A stretch of DNA of 64,000 nucleotides, taken from positions 448,001-512,000 of the forward strand of contig CBDANS010000006.1 of NCBI GenBank assembly GCA_965197745.1. Reading direction: 5' to 3'. The DNA is from Opitutales bacterium (GTDB taxonomy: Bacteria > Verrucomicrobiota > Verrucomicrobiia > Opitutales > PNEW01). The translations under genes and the position numbers were made by a program. Positions 31,641 to 41,664 of this stretch are shown in pieces; within the stretch, counting starts at the first letter, position 1, and each line of letters opens with the position of its first letter. Under the pieces are notes generated by a model. That model saw only the letters and a program-made list of their open reading frames with translations. It was not told where the DNA came from and ran no database searches.

Positions 31641-32612
31641 CTACATGTCGATTCGATAAAGTGGATCCAGACCTTCAGCTACGCGGTCGCAGTTTGTAGC
31701 GGCGCAGACCGCGCGATTCCTCGCGGTGCCATCAGTGCCACCTGCAGTGTGCGGCAAGGCAAAAACATTGGGCAGCGCTAATACCGGCTCTGTCGGATCG
31801 ACCGGTTCTTTGGCGAAGACGTCAAGCCCGGCTCCGCCGATTTTATTTCCCAGTAATGCCTCGAATAAGGCGTCCTGATCAACAAGCCCACCACGGGCGA
31901 TATTAATAAGGCACGCCGTCGGTTTCATTAATGCAATCCGCTCGGCGCTAATTATTTTCTCGGTCTGCTTGTTGAGATGAAGATGGAGAGAAAGGTAATC
32001 ACAGTCAGCGCAGAGCTGATCGAGATCGTTCGGGCTGCCGAGAAAATCGGGCTGGATTTCGTCCAGCACTTCCTGCTCGATGGGACGAACATCAATGGCT
32101 TTTATGATCATCCCGAATGGTTTAGCCCGTCGCGCCAATTCCTGCGCGCTGGCGCCAAATCCAACCAATGCGAGGGTGCGACCCACAAGGTCATGCCCTT
32201 TGATCATCCCGTTCACACTCTCTTTGATATGATCCTGAGCTTCATTATATTTATGGGCCAACATGAGGATAAACATCATTGCCGTCTGAGCAAGCGCTAC
32301 GCTGCTGAATATACCCGGACAATTAGACACGGGGATTCCTTTGCTTTTCATGTATTCCAGATCGAAGTGCTCAAACCCGACACTTTGCAGCTGCCAGAAT
32401 TTTACTCCGGCCTCACTCGCGGCATCCATCATTTCAGGTGTGCTGCGGTTCAGTTGTACCACCACATCGATTCCTTCAAATTGTGGTTTTACCGGTTTGT
32501 CATAATTGAAGTATCGCAATTCATGATGTTTGCTTAATTCTTCAATTACTTCAATTCCCCATATTCCGGCTCTTTCAGGATTATTTAATAGCAGAACGTG
32601 AGCTTTATTCAT
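31641..32612 (-). CDS. D-2-hydroxyacid dehydrogenase family protein
   Basis: VGFG, INIARGGLVD, GLDVFAKEP, PHTAG. Confidence 0.9.
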   Translation of the reverse strand: MNKAHVLLLNNPERAGIWGIEVIEELSKHHELRYFNYDKPVKPQFEGIDVVVQLNRSTPEMMDAASEAGVKFWQLQSVGFEHFDLEYMKSKGIPVSNCPGIFSSVALAQTAMMFILMLAHKYNEAQDHIKESVNGMIKGHDLVGRTLALVGFGASAQELARRAKPFGMIIKAIDVRPIEQEVLDEIQPDFLGSPNDLDQLCADCDYLSLHLHLNKQTEKIISAERIALMKPTACLINIARGGLVDQDALFEALLGNKIGGAGLDVFAKEPVDPTEPVLALPNVFALPHTAGGTDGTARNRAVCAATNCDRVAEGLDPLYRIDM

Positions 32613-32830
32613 ATCGATTCCAGTTATGTTTTTTTAAATAATGAATAATTAAGTCTTTCCGCAATAAAGAAAGTCTAATTATCGAATCCTTGCATTTTTT
32701 CTATCCTTTGATGACGATTATAACTTTTCTTCTGGATTAGAGTTATCTTTTTCCATGATTTACTTTTAATTCAAAGGATATAACATAATAATGACCCTTT
32801 TTTTGCTGATATTTATAATTTTAAATTCCC

Positions 32831-33940
32831 GTGAGTAAAACATCACAAGACTCTTTCGATTCAGTGGAAGCGGCGATCCAGGATATTGCCGAGGGAAAAC
32901 TGGTGATCGTAACCGATGATGAACAGCGTGAGAACGAGGGTGACCTTATAATGGCTGCGTCCAAAGTCACTCCCGAAGCGGTTAATCTGATGATACGTTA
33001 TTGCAGCGGAATAATTTGTGTGCCCACGACAAGTCACCAACTCAAACGTTTGGGCATCAATCAAATGGTCTCGGAGAATCGCGAAATTCAACGGACCGAT
33101 TTTGCAGTTTCTGTCGATGCCGCGGAAGGGATCACCACAGGTATCAGCGCATTTGATCGCGCCACTACGATTAAATTGCTTGCTGATCCTCACAGTCATT
33201 CCGAACACCTTGTCCAACCGGGTCATGTTTTTCCCTTGCGCGCCAAGCCAGGAGGAGTTCTCCAGCGAGCAGGGCACACTGAAGCTGCCGTGGACCTGGC
33301 GGTTCTCGCCGGGTTACACCCGAGTGGAATAATCTGCGAACTCCTCAACGATGATGGTTCCTGCGCGCGACTGCCCGAGTTGATTCAATTTAAAAAGAAG
33401 TTTCATCTCAAACTTATCTCTATTGCCGATCTTATCCAATACCGACATAAACGTGAAAAGCTTGTAGAGAAACTTGCTCAACAACCGTTCTCCTCCTCTT
33501 ATGGAAATTTTGATTTGCATGTTTTTCGCAATATTCTCGACCGCCGTCATCATATAGCGCTCAGCATCGGCGAACTTAATGAAGAGCCGACCCTCGTTCG
33601 GGTCCACAGTGAAAATCTTCTCAGTGATATTTTCCAATCCCGTGAAATGAATAGCCATCAATCACTTGTTTCTTCACTAGAAATGATTGCCAGAGAAGAA
33701 TCAGGCGTCATCCTCTACCTCGAACAGCCGCACAGTGGTTTTAATGTCGAGAATACGGCTCCGGGTAAGAACGGTAAAATCGCTCCGGCGCATATGGATT
33801 TTCGCGACTACGGTATCGGGGCACAGATACTGTCCGAACTCGGCCTGAAAAAGATTCGCCTTCTTTCCAGTACTCATCGCAATGTTATCGCGCTCGATGG
33901 CTACGACTTGGAGATCGTCGAGCACATACCGCTTACTTAA
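32831..33940 (+). CDS. ribB: DHBP synthase fused to a degenerate GTP cyclohydrolase II domain (RibBX-type)
   Basis: DDE.RENEGD, TTGISAFDR, PGHVFPL, RAGHTEA; C-terminal domain has RVHS and YGIGAQIL but no Zn-binding cysteines. Confidence 0.9.
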   Translation: MSKTSQDSFDSVEAAIQDIAEGKLVIVTDDEQRENEGDLIMAASKVTPEAVNLMIRYCSGIICVPTTSHQLKRLGINQMVSENREIQRTDFAVSVDAAEGITTGISAFDRATTIKLLADPHSHSEHLVQPGHVFPLRAKPGGVLQRAGHTEAAVDLAVLAGLHPSGIICELLNDDGSCARLPELIQFKKKFHLKLISIADLIQYRHKREKLVEKLAQQPFSSSYGNFDLHVFRNILDRRHHIALSIGELNEEPTLVRVHSENLLSDIFQSREMNSHQSLVSSLEMIAREESGVILYLEQPHSGFNVENTAPGKNGKIAPAHMDFRDYGIGAQILSELGLKKIRLLSSTHRNVIALDGYDLEIVEHIPLT

Positions 33941-33970
33941 TCAATTCCCTCCAGTAATTTTTTAAACTCG

Positions 33971-34546
33971 ATGAGTCTCGATAATCCAGAATCTATGAAA
34001 GCGGAAGACGCTGGACGGAAATATGCCATTGTCGCCTCCCGCTATAACCAGGACCTCGTCGATCAATTAATCGATAGCGTCTTAAAAACATTCGATGCCG
34101 CTGGAGTAAAAGAGGATGCCCTCGAATTAATCCGGGTGCCGGGTTCCCACGAAATTCCTTATACCCTTAGCATGCTTGCCGAAACCAGGCAGTTTAACTG
34201 TCTCATCGCACTGGGTGTGATTATTGCCGGGGAGACCGATCACCACGAAATAATCGCTCAGAGTACCAGCCTGGCAATCCAGCAAATAGCCATGGAAACG
34301 CAAACGCCTGTTATTAACGGCATTATCACCGCCACCCGTGAACAGGCTGAAGCGCGTTGTGGGGGTGAAATCAACCGGGGTGTGGAGTTTGCCAATGGGG
34401 CCCTCGAGATGGCCCGAGTGGGGGCCCAACTCAATCAGCTGTGGGTGGAACAGGGCTTATTTGAAAATAATGTGTTGCTTGGCCGTGAAGAACCGGAGAG
34501 CTGGGATGACTTTATTGATGAAGATGAAGCAGTGGAGGAGAAATAG
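33971..34546 (+). CDS. ribH: 6,7-dimethyl-8-ribityllumazine synthase
   Basis: IVASRYN, VPGS.EIP, LGVII.GET.H, QAEAR. Confidence 0.92.
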   Translation: MSLDNPESMKAEDAGRKYAIVASRYNQDLVDQLIDSVLKTFDAAGVKEDALELIRVPGSHEIPYTLSMLAETRQFNCLIALGVIIAGETDHHEIIAQSTSLAIQQIAMETQTPVINGIITATREQAEARCGGEINRGVEFANGALEMARVGAQLNQLWVEQGLFENNVLLGREEPESWDDFIDEDEAVEEK

Positions 34547-34551
34547 ATAGT

Positions 34552-34986
34552 ATGAGCTCTCGACGTGACAATCGCATTGCCGCCTTCCAATTCCTTTACA
34601 TGTGGGATATCAATACCCCCGATGATCTGGATAGCGAACTGAACATTTTTTTTGAATCTCAGCCAGAACCTAGCGACTACTATATATTTGCTGATGAACT
34701 TATCCGCGGAACGATTGAACATTGTCGTGAAATAGACGGCGAGATTAAATCTCATGCCCAAAACTGGTCGTTTCAGCGAATTGCCAAAGTCGACCTGGCC
34801 ATACTTCGCCTCGCCATTTATGAGCTGCTTAAAAGAAATGATATCCCCCCCATTGTTTCCATCAATGAGGCCATAGACTTAAGCAAAATCTTTTCCATTC
34901 CTGATGCCAGGCGTTTTATCAACGGAATACTCGACAAGCTTAAAGCTAAACTTCAACGGCCCTTCAGGGAACCGGCTATTGATTGA
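34552..34986 (+). CDS. nusB: Transcription antitermination factor NusB
   Basis: RR..R..AFQ.LY, W...RIA.VD.AILR, INEAI.LSK, FINGILD. Confidence 0.95.
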   Translation: MSSRRDNRIAAFQFLYMWDINTPDDLDSELNIFFESQPEPSDYYIFADELIRGTIEHCREIDGEIKSHAQNWSFQRIAKVDLAILRLAIYELLKRNDIPPIVSINEAIDLSKIFSIPDARRFINGILDKLKAKLQRPFREPAID

Positions 34987-34994
34987 ATATTTCC

Positions 34995-35930
34995 ATGCCT
35001 GGAATTTTTCAAAAATTCAAAGAGGGTCTCAAAAATACAACCCCTACTTTTTACTCTGCTTTCGGTAACCTTGACCGTTTATTATCCGGGAAAAGTCTGG
35101 ATCCCGAAACTATCGACCAAATAGAAGAGACCCTCTACAGCGCAGACATCGGTGTTAGTGGCACGACAAAAATAATAGAGGGAATCAAGAGTGCCTGCCA
35201 GAAGGATAGAGCAATTCGCCAGGAGGAAGTATCTTCAATCATCGCCGCAGTCCTGAAAAAAATACTCGATGGAGCCGAAGGCAGGCTGCAATGGAATGCC
35301 CGCGGGAAACCGGAGGTCGTGTGTCTTGTTGGAATCAATGGTTCGGGTAAAACAACGACCGCGGCAAAACTGGGATTCCATTTAAAACAATGCGGTTTAT
35401 CAATACTTCTCGGTGCTTGTGATACTTTTCGTGCCGCTGCTAATGAACAAATAAAAAGCTGGGCTGATCGACTCGACCTTGAATTGGTGTCCAGTCAACA
35501 GGGTGCAGACGCCGCCGCCGTCGCTTTTGACGCCTACCAGGCAGCCGTAAACCGCAAGCGCGATGTTCTTGTTCTCGATACCGCCGGACGGCTCCATACT
35601 AAAGGCAATCTCATGGAAGAGTTAGTGAAAATCCGTCGCGTTCTCCAAAAAAATGACCCCGCTGCTCCCCACCATAGCTGGCTGGTCATCGATGGTAGCA
35701 TTGGGACCAACTCCATCGAACAGGCGCGGCAATTCAATGAGCAATTCGGCATTACGGGATTAATCATTACCAAGTTAGATGGGACCAGTCGCGGCGGTTC
35801 TATAATTGGTATTTATGAGGAGCTGAAACTGCCCGTTTATTTTATCGGCCTGGGTGAAAAGGAGGAAGACTTACTGCCCTTTACAGTGGACAATTATGTG
35901 GATGCCCTATTGGGTTTGGATAAAGCATGA
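34995..35930 (+). CDS. ftsY: Signal recognition particle receptor FtsY
   Basis: GINGSGKTTT, DTFRAAA, DTAGR, TKLDG, GLGE. Confidence 0.96.
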   Translation: MPGIFQKFKEGLKNTTPTFYSAFGNLDRLLSGKSLDPETIDQIEETLYSADIGVSGTTKIIEGIKSACQKDRAIRQEEVSSIIAAVLKKILDGAEGRLQWNARGKPEVVCLVGINGSGKTTTAAKLGFHLKQCGLSILLGACDTFRAAANEQIKSWADRLDLELVSSQQGADAAAVAFDAYQAAVNRKRDVLVLDTAGRLHTKGNLMEELVKIRRVLQKNDPAAPHHSWLVIDGSIGTNSIEQARQFNEQFGITGLIITKLDGTSRGGSIIGIYEELKLPVYFIGLGEKEEDLLPFTVDNYVDALLGLDKA

Positions 35931-37033
35931 CGGCCACACTTTCAGTGGAAATGGGTGAGAGAAGTTATGATATTTACTTCACTCATAATGATTGGGAGGC
36001 ATTGAAGAATAATCTGGCCCGGAGCCTCTCTTCAGATCAACACTACGCCGTTGTCACGGATGAGAACATCGAAGATAATTTAAATAATAAGTTCCAGGGA
36101 TTTGATTTTCTTCCCCATCCACCGGCACTTCGTATAACATTAAAGGCTGGTGAGTTGTCTAAATCGGTAAGTGGGCTTGAAAAACTGTATCATGCCCTTG
36201 CCGAGAATCGCATCGACCGCTCCGGGGCAATAGTCGCTATGGGCGGCGGTGTGATTGGAGATTTAGCAGGTTTTGCCGCCGCCTCTTATATGCGCGGAAT
36301 CGATTTATACCAGGTCCCTACTACCCTTCTGGCCATGGTCGATAGTTCCGTGGGTGGGAAAACAGGAATAAACCTGCCCCTTGGTAAAAACCTGGTCGGG
36401 GCTTTCTATCAACCCAGGGCTGTATTCATTCATACTGATTTTTTGCAATCCCTCCCTCAACACCAATTCAACGCGGGTATGGCCGAAGTTATAAAATATG
36501 GTTTACTCGCCAATGCCACCCTCTTCGAACGCCTTCAAAAGATGGGAAATCTTACCCCTGCGCATCCGGAATTGCCGGAGATTATTCGCCAATGTTGCAA
36601 AATAAAAGCGTCCTTTGTTGAGAGTGACGAAAGAGAGTCTGCTTCGATCGGAGGAAGGGCGTTGCTGAATCTTGGCCACACCTTTGCTCACGCCATTGAA
36701 GCGGTTACCGGTTATGACCAGTATCTGCATGGCGAGGCGGTAGCCGTAGGTCTGGTCATGGCCGCCCGGCTCTCACAGCGTTTAGGTCATCTCTCGGATA
36801 ATGAGGTCCAATCCATTCTCAACATTCTCATAAATGTTAATCTTCCCATCAAGTTGCGTGAACCCTTAGCGCCGGCTACTCTGATTAATGCCATGAAGAG
36901 CGATAAAAAGGTAAAACATGGAAAGCTCCACTTTATTGCCTTGGAGCAAATCGGCAAAGCCGTGAACGTTGAAGATGTGCCTGATAGCTGGATAGAAGAA
37001 TTATGGCTTGAAGCCGGAGCTGAGGGGAAATGA
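35927..37033 (+). CDS. aroB: 3-dehydroquinate synthase
   Basis: GGGVIGDLAGF, PTTLLAMVDSSVGGKTGIN, LNLGHTFAHAIE, HGEAV. Confidence 0.96.
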   Translation: MTATLSVEMGERSYDIYFTHNDWEALKNNLARSLSSDQHYAVVTDENIEDNLNNKFQGFDFLPHPPALRITLKAGELSKSVSGLEKLYHALAENRIDRSGAIVAMGGGVIGDLAGFAAASYMRGIDLYQVPTTLLAMVDSSVGGKTGINLPLGKNLVGAFYQPRAVFIHTDFLQSLPQHQFNAGMAEVIKYGLLANATLFERLQKMGNLTPAHPELPEIIRQCCKIKASFVESDERESASIGGRALLNLGHTFAHAIEAVTGYDQYLHGEAVAVGLVMAARLSQRLGHLSDNEVQSILNILINVNLPIKLREPLAPATLINAMKSDKKVKHGKLHFIALEQIGKAVNVEDVPDSWIEELWLEAGAEGK

Positions 37034-37035
37034 AT

Positions 37036-37098
37036 TTCTAATTTTCATTCTTCATTCACAATTCCCATCCCAAATTCCTAATTCATAATTCATAATTT
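37036..37098. repeat. Degenerate heptamer tract (TTCATAA-like)
   Basis: tttctaa ttttcat tcttcat ... ttcctaa ttcataa ttcataa between aroB and the next gene. Confidence 0.55.
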
Positions 37099-37101
37099 CC
37101 C

Positions 37102-37710
37102 ATGGCCGGCTTCGACGAAAACATTGTACGCGAATATTTTGAACTGCACGGGTTTCTCGTCCGTCAGTTGCGTAAATACCAGGTACAATCACGGAGGAAA
37201 ATGGCTGAAGAAGAAATCGATTTAATTGTTTATAATCCCTCTTATGTGAGAAACAGCCGAAACCCGGATTTTTTTCTGTTCTCAAATGAACTGCCCTATA
37301 TCCGTCATGCAGTAGTTGTCGTAAAAGCCTGGCACACTACTTTGCATTTTACCCCCAACATGCTGCGTAGCAGCTCCGATATATTTAATTTTCTTGAAAA
37401 AAATGTCCTCAAAAAAGCGGAGGAATTATTTAAATTTAATGAAGAGGAATATGAGGATAGCTCAAAATTATTAAAAGTTCTTGTCCTTCCTGGATTACCT
37501 ACCGCGGATCCCCATCGTTCAGAAAGCATCAAGCTTTTGCGCGAACACGGTATCGATGGCATAATTTCTTTTCGTTCTATGCTTATAGATATTCTTGCAA
37601 AAGTGCAGACTAACCACAATTACCAGAAATCTGAAATTTTACAAATCATGCGTATCTTGAAAAATTACGATCTCATCAAGGATCCCCAGTTGAACCTGTT
37701 CAATGATTAG
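37102..37710 (+). CDS. Hypothetical protein with a restriction-endonuclease-like fold and C-terminal QLNLF
   Basis: Clean 202-aa ORF within an operon; E..VREYF...GF.V, EIDL, V.K spacing. Confidence 0.7.
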   Translation: MAGFDENIVREYFELHGFLVRQLRKYQVQSRRKMAEEEIDLIVYNPSYVRNSRNPDFFLFSNELPYIRHAVVVVKAWHTTLHFTPNMLRSSSDIFNFLEKNVLKKAEELFKFNEEEYEDSSKLLKVLVLPGLPTADPHRSESIKLLREHGIDGIISFRSMLIDILAKVQTNHNYQKSEILQIMRILKNYDLIKDPQLNLFND

Positions 37711-37746
37711 GTTATGGGCCTCTCTCGTCACTGGTGTTAATCTAAC

Positions 37747-38691
37747 ATGCCGATGAGTAAAATCGCAATCACCTGCGGCGATCCCGCGGGAGTAGGACCG
37801 GAGATAATCGAAAGTTGGGTAATAGAAAAAAACCCAATGCTCGATAACATATGTCTCATCGGACCGGCAGCATGGCTTGATAACATTATCGCGGCAAACC
37901 CCGTGACGATACAACCGGTTGGCCCTAAAGATTTTCGCGCAAACCCCGGAGAACCCAGTCTCACCGGCGCAGAAATAGCTTTAGAAGCGCTGGAAGTCGC
38001 TGCTGACGGTTGCCGGGAAAATCATTTTTCAGCTGTAGTCAGCGGTCCTGTGAGCAAAGTCTGGATGAAACGTGTGGGGTTTGATTTTCCCGGACAAACA
38101 GAATTTTTCGCCAAACGCTGGGGAGGTAACCCGACAATGGCATTTGCTGGAGGCCGGATGCGAGTTGTTCTCGTCACCTGGCATCTACCTCTGCGCAAGG
38201 TGGTTAAACATATAAATAAGGAGAATCTGAGTAAGGCCATAGGGCATGCTTACAAATTGGCAAATGCCCTCGGCGCAAAGCACCCGCGTATCGGCGTTTG
38301 TGGTTTGAATCCACACGCGGGAGAAGATGGGTTGTTGGGCGATGAAGAATCCACTTTGATTAATCCAATACTCAAAAAATTAGAAAATAAATTTCCAGGC
38401 CTCTCTCCCTGCCAGGCAGCCGACACCTTATTCTGGCGTCATCTCCAGGGTGAATTCGATATCGTTGTAGCGCTCTACCACGACCAGGGACTGGGACCCC
38501 TTAAAACTGTCGACTTCGACACTTCTGTGAACATCACTTTAGGTCTGCCATGGATCCGCACCAGTCCCGATCATGGAACAGGTTTTAATATCGCGGGAAA
38601 AGGCATTGCCCGTCACACAAGTCTGTCTCACGCTATCGATCTGGCATACAGATTGAACCAAATTGAAGCGTCTGCGCTATCAGCCTCATAG
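37747..38691 (+). CDS. pdxA: 4-hydroxythreonine-4-phosphate dehydrogenase (PdxA family)
   Basis: GDPAGVGPE, GLNPHAGE.G, YHDQGL, VNITLGLP.IRTSPDHGT. Confidence 0.92.
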   Translation: MPMSKIAITCGDPAGVGPEIIESWVIEKNPMLDNICLIGPAAWLDNIIAANPVTIQPVGPKDFRANPGEPSLTGAEIALEALEVAADGCRENHFSAVVSGPVSKVWMKRVGFDFPGQTEFFAKRWGGNPTMAFAGGRMRVVLVTWHLPLRKVVKHINKENLSKAIGHAYKLANALGAKHPRIGVCGLNPHAGEDGLLGDEESTLINPILKKLENKFPGLSPCQAADTLFWRHLQGEFDIVVALYHDQGLGPLKTVDFDTSVNITLGLPWIRTSPDHGTGFNIAGKGIARHTSLSHAIDLAYRLNQIEASALSAS

Positions 38692-38967
38692 AAAACCCTC
38701 GTCAATAGGGTCGGTGACAGCTGAATGGGCTTGAAACTTGATTTTAAGCGGAAATTTTATATTATTACACTCTTATTTTTAGAAACAGGTTTTCAGCTGT
38801 GAATAGAAATACCGCTGGATTGTGTTAAACCCTGGGATAACTATAATTTACAAAATTCTTTAAGTTCACCTGTTCGTGTATGATGGTCCCTCATTTTCAG
38901 ATCTTACTCACGGATATATTTACCCGCTAACAGGGTTTTAATTTAACCTTTCACGGCACCCTAATAT

Positions 38968-39345
38968 ATGTCAGTTCCACCTTCTATCGATCTCCCTGAA
39001 GGCGTCCGCCTGGGTAATGAAAATTTGATTCAACTTTCGGAAGCTGCGGGTTTAAAAATTCTCTCCCTTATCGAACGCGAACAAAAAGGGATATACTTGC
39101 GTATAGCGATTACGGGGGGTGGATGTAATGGGCTTAGTTACAAAATGAAATTTACGGATAGCCCAAAACGAGGTGATATTCTCGTCCAATCTGCAGAAGC
39201 CAGTGTCGTTATGGATAGCAAAAGTGCCCTTTACCTCAAAGGGACGGCTCTTGACTACTCGTCGGATTTAATAGCTGGCGGATTTAAATTTGAAAATCCC
39301 AATGCAAAATCGAGCTGCTCCTGTGGGGAAAGTTTCAGCCTGTAA
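38968..39345 (+). CDS. A-type Fe-S cluster carrier (HesB/IscA/ErpA family)
   Basis: GGCNGLSY and NPNA...CSCGESF. Confidence 0.93.
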   Translation: MSVPPSIDLPEGVRLGNENLIQLSEAAGLKILSLIEREQKGIYLRIAITGGGCNGLSYKMKFTDSPKRGDILVQSAEASVVMDSKSALYLKGTALDYSSDLIAGGFKFENPNAKSSCSCGESFSL

Positions 39346-39403
39346 TGACAGGCCCCGCGTTTCATCGCGCGCACCTTCCTGATACGGATCCTCAACTTTC
39401 TAA

Positions 39404-40867
39404 ATGTTAGGACGAAAAAAAAGGTTACTGGAAAATATCAGCTTCCTCATGGATGTGATCTCCGGTTTCTTTCTCATGATCGTCGTCTATTATTTTCTCT
39501 TCTATTTGAGAGATTTTTGGGAAGATCTGTTAAATAGTATTACCGGTTATCCATTTAACATTGAGGGTGTCGCTCATCTCAAAGAACAAGGCTGGTTATT
39601 TCTGGTTATCCTTTTAAGCCTTTTCACCTCGCTTAAAATGAACCGGTTTTATCAACTCGATTTGTTCGCTAAATGGCATCAAATCGTTTTTCACTCCGCT
39701 AAATGCATCGCTATCGGCATGGGCATTTCAGCCATATTTTTCTATTTTTTCTCAATCGTTTATGTGAATCGATCGCTCTTTTTCGGATTTGCCGGCCTCT
39801 TTGCCCTCTATCTTATTAGTAAGGAAATCCTCTTTCGCCGCGACCTTGTAAACAAATTCTATCGGAATAACCCGCTTGACGCATTGTTAGTCTGCGATGC
39901 GCATGAAGCACAAATACGATTGACCGATTTTAATACCCGTCACTTTTCCAGTGTCGTCATCAAGGGTATTTTACTGACCCAGGGTGACGAAAGTTCTATG
40001 CCCGAACAGCTCCGTGACAAATTTGTCGGTCGATTGGAATCGCTGGCCTCGATTTTGAGTCAAGGAACTTATGATATTGTCTTCCTTGCTGACGCCCCTG
40101 ATAGAACAGGGGATTCACAGAATGTATTGAGCGCATGCGAAGAGCAGGGTGTGGAAACATGGTACTTTGCCGATTTTCTCTCACCCCTGGTCTCGCGGGC
40201 GGTGATTGATGAATATGGAGGGATACCTGTTGTCGTTTTCAAAATGACAACGCAACATGAAGGGCAATTCATTGTAAAACGTCTCTTCGATTTAGTCTTA
40301 TCACTCTTTCTCATTTTTCTCTTTAGCCCACTCTATATTATCATAGCGCTAGCTGTAAAATTAGGTTCGCGGGGGCCGATTTTCTTTGTGCAATCGCGCT
40401 CTGGATTCAGGGGCAAACCTTTCTCCATGATAAAATTTCGCACCATGGCTATGGATGCGGAAGATAAACTTGATGAGATACGTGAACAGAACGAATTAAA
40501 AGGGCCTGTATTCAAGTCCGAAAAAGATCCCCGTATCACTCCCGTGGGAAAGTTCCTCCGTCGTTACAGCCTCGATGAATTACCGCAAATTTTTAATGTC
40601 CTTAAAGGAGAGATGAGTATGGTCGGACCTCGACCCTTACCGGTTTATGAAACTGAAAACTTTGATGCCTTTAATGCCTACCGACGCTATAGTGTGTTAC
40701 CGGGTATAACCGGACTCTGGCAGGTATCAGGGCGTAATAGTATCGAAGATTTTTCAGAATGGGTGCGTCTCGACCTTGAATATATTGACCATTGGAGCCT
40801 CTGGTTGGATATCACTATATTGCTGCGCACCATTCCAACTGTAATTTCCGGTGATGGTGCCAGCTAG
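39404..40867 (+). CDS. Polyprenyl-phosphate glycosylphosphotransferase (WcaJ-like priming sugar transferase)
   Basis: N-terminal TMs, KRLFD, KFRTM, DPRITPVGKFLR..SLDELPQ, PGITGLWQV.GR. Confidence 0.93.
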   Translation: MLGRKKRLLENISFLMDVISGFFLMIVVYYFLFYLRDFWEDLLNSITGYPFNIEGVAHLKEQGWLFLVILLSLFTSLKMNRFYQLDLFAKWHQIVFHSAKCIAIGMGISAIFFYFFSIVYVNRSLFFGFAGLFALYLISKEILFRRDLVNKFYRNNPLDALLVCDAHEAQIRLTDFNTRHFSSVVIKGILLTQGDESSMPEQLRDKFVGRLESLASILSQGTYDIVFLADAPDRTGDSQNVLSACEEQGVETWYFADFLSPLVSRAVIDEYGGIPVVVFKMTTQHEGQFIVKRLFDLVLSLFLIFLFSPLYIIIALAVKLGSRGPIFFVQSRSGFRGKPFSMIKFRTMAMDAEDKLDEIREQNELKGPVFKSEKDPRITPVGKFLRRYSLDELPQIFNVLKGEMSMVGPRPLPVYETENFDAFNAYRRYSVLPGITGLWQVSGRNSIEDFSEWVRLDLEYIDHWSLWLDITILLRTIPTVISGDGAS

Positions 40868-41061
40868 TTTATACTTCCACCCGTAAAGAAAAAGATCAGT
40901 AAAAAAAGTTTGAAAAAAAAATATAAACAGACACTATTTTAAAAGCACTAAAAACATATAGCTCTGATTTATTCAATACATAGTCCTAATAGCCCCACCC
41001 CTCGCTCGCTGCCGGAAAAGTTCACCGCGCGAAGTTTTTATTATTCCGCAAGAAGGATTTA

Positions 41062-41664
41062 ATGACGAGACAATTTAGCTCTTCCGGACATTACCGCGGC
41101 AGAGGCAGGCAGCATGGTAAAGGGTACATTCGCAAAAACGAGCGAATTCGTGCGCGTGAAGTCAGGCTCATCGGTCCCGATTCCAAACAAATTGGAATAT
41201 TACCTACCTCCGAAGCGCTCTCCATGGCCAGGCAACACGGGTTGGATTTAGTTGAGGTCTCATCGAGCACCCGGCCTCCTATTTGCCGTATCCTCGATTT
41301 TGGCAAATACAAGTACGAGCAGTCGAAAAAAAGCAAAGTTTCCAAACAACAATCCTCTAAAATTAAAGAAGTTAAGTTACGTGTTCGTATCGAGCAGCAT
41401 GATTATATAACAAAACTGCGTCATGCCGAAGATTTCCTTTACAAGGGTCATAAATTAAAAATATCCCTTATTTTTAGAGGGCGGGAAAACGAACATAAAG
41501 ATTTGGGCTTCGAGATTGTAAACCGAGCCATCCAAGATCTTACTCAGGTTGGTCACAAAGACAGTGAGCCAAAACTGGCTGGAAGGAATATAATCGTTAC
41601 CCTTTCTCCTCAACCCGCAAATCAGCGTACTCTTAAGTATAATATAGCTCAAGAGGCGGACTAG
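41062..41664 (+). CDS. infC: Translation initiation factor IF-3
   Basis: NERIRAREVRLI, LDLVEV, PPICRILDFGKYKYE, KEVKLR, FRGRE. Confidence 0.96.
   Translation: MTRQFSSSGHYRGRGRQHGKGYIRKNERIRAREVRLIGPDSKQIGILPTSEALSMARQHGLDLVEVSSSTRPPICRILDFGKYKYEQSKKSKVSKQQSSKIKEVKLRVRIEQHDYITKLRHAEDFLYKGHKLKISLIFRGRENEHKDLGFEIVNRAIQDLTQVGHKDSEPKLAGRNIIVTLSPQPANQRTLKYNIAQEAD

Noticed and set aside
31977..32537. Long antisense ORFs (also 23720-24172, 27868-28329, 49646-50098, 53712-54161)
   Set aside because: They lie opposite well-supported genes and have no independent motifs.
32613..32830. FMN riboswitch upstream of ribB
   Set aside because: Very AT-rich, with no RFN consensus (AGGGCGGGG...AATTCCC) visible.
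38692..38939. Structured ncRNA (such as 6S) suggested by AAAACCCT/AGGGTTTT ends
   Set aside because: Only 8 bp of complementarity and no extended stem seen by eye. An Rfam/Infernal search would be needed.
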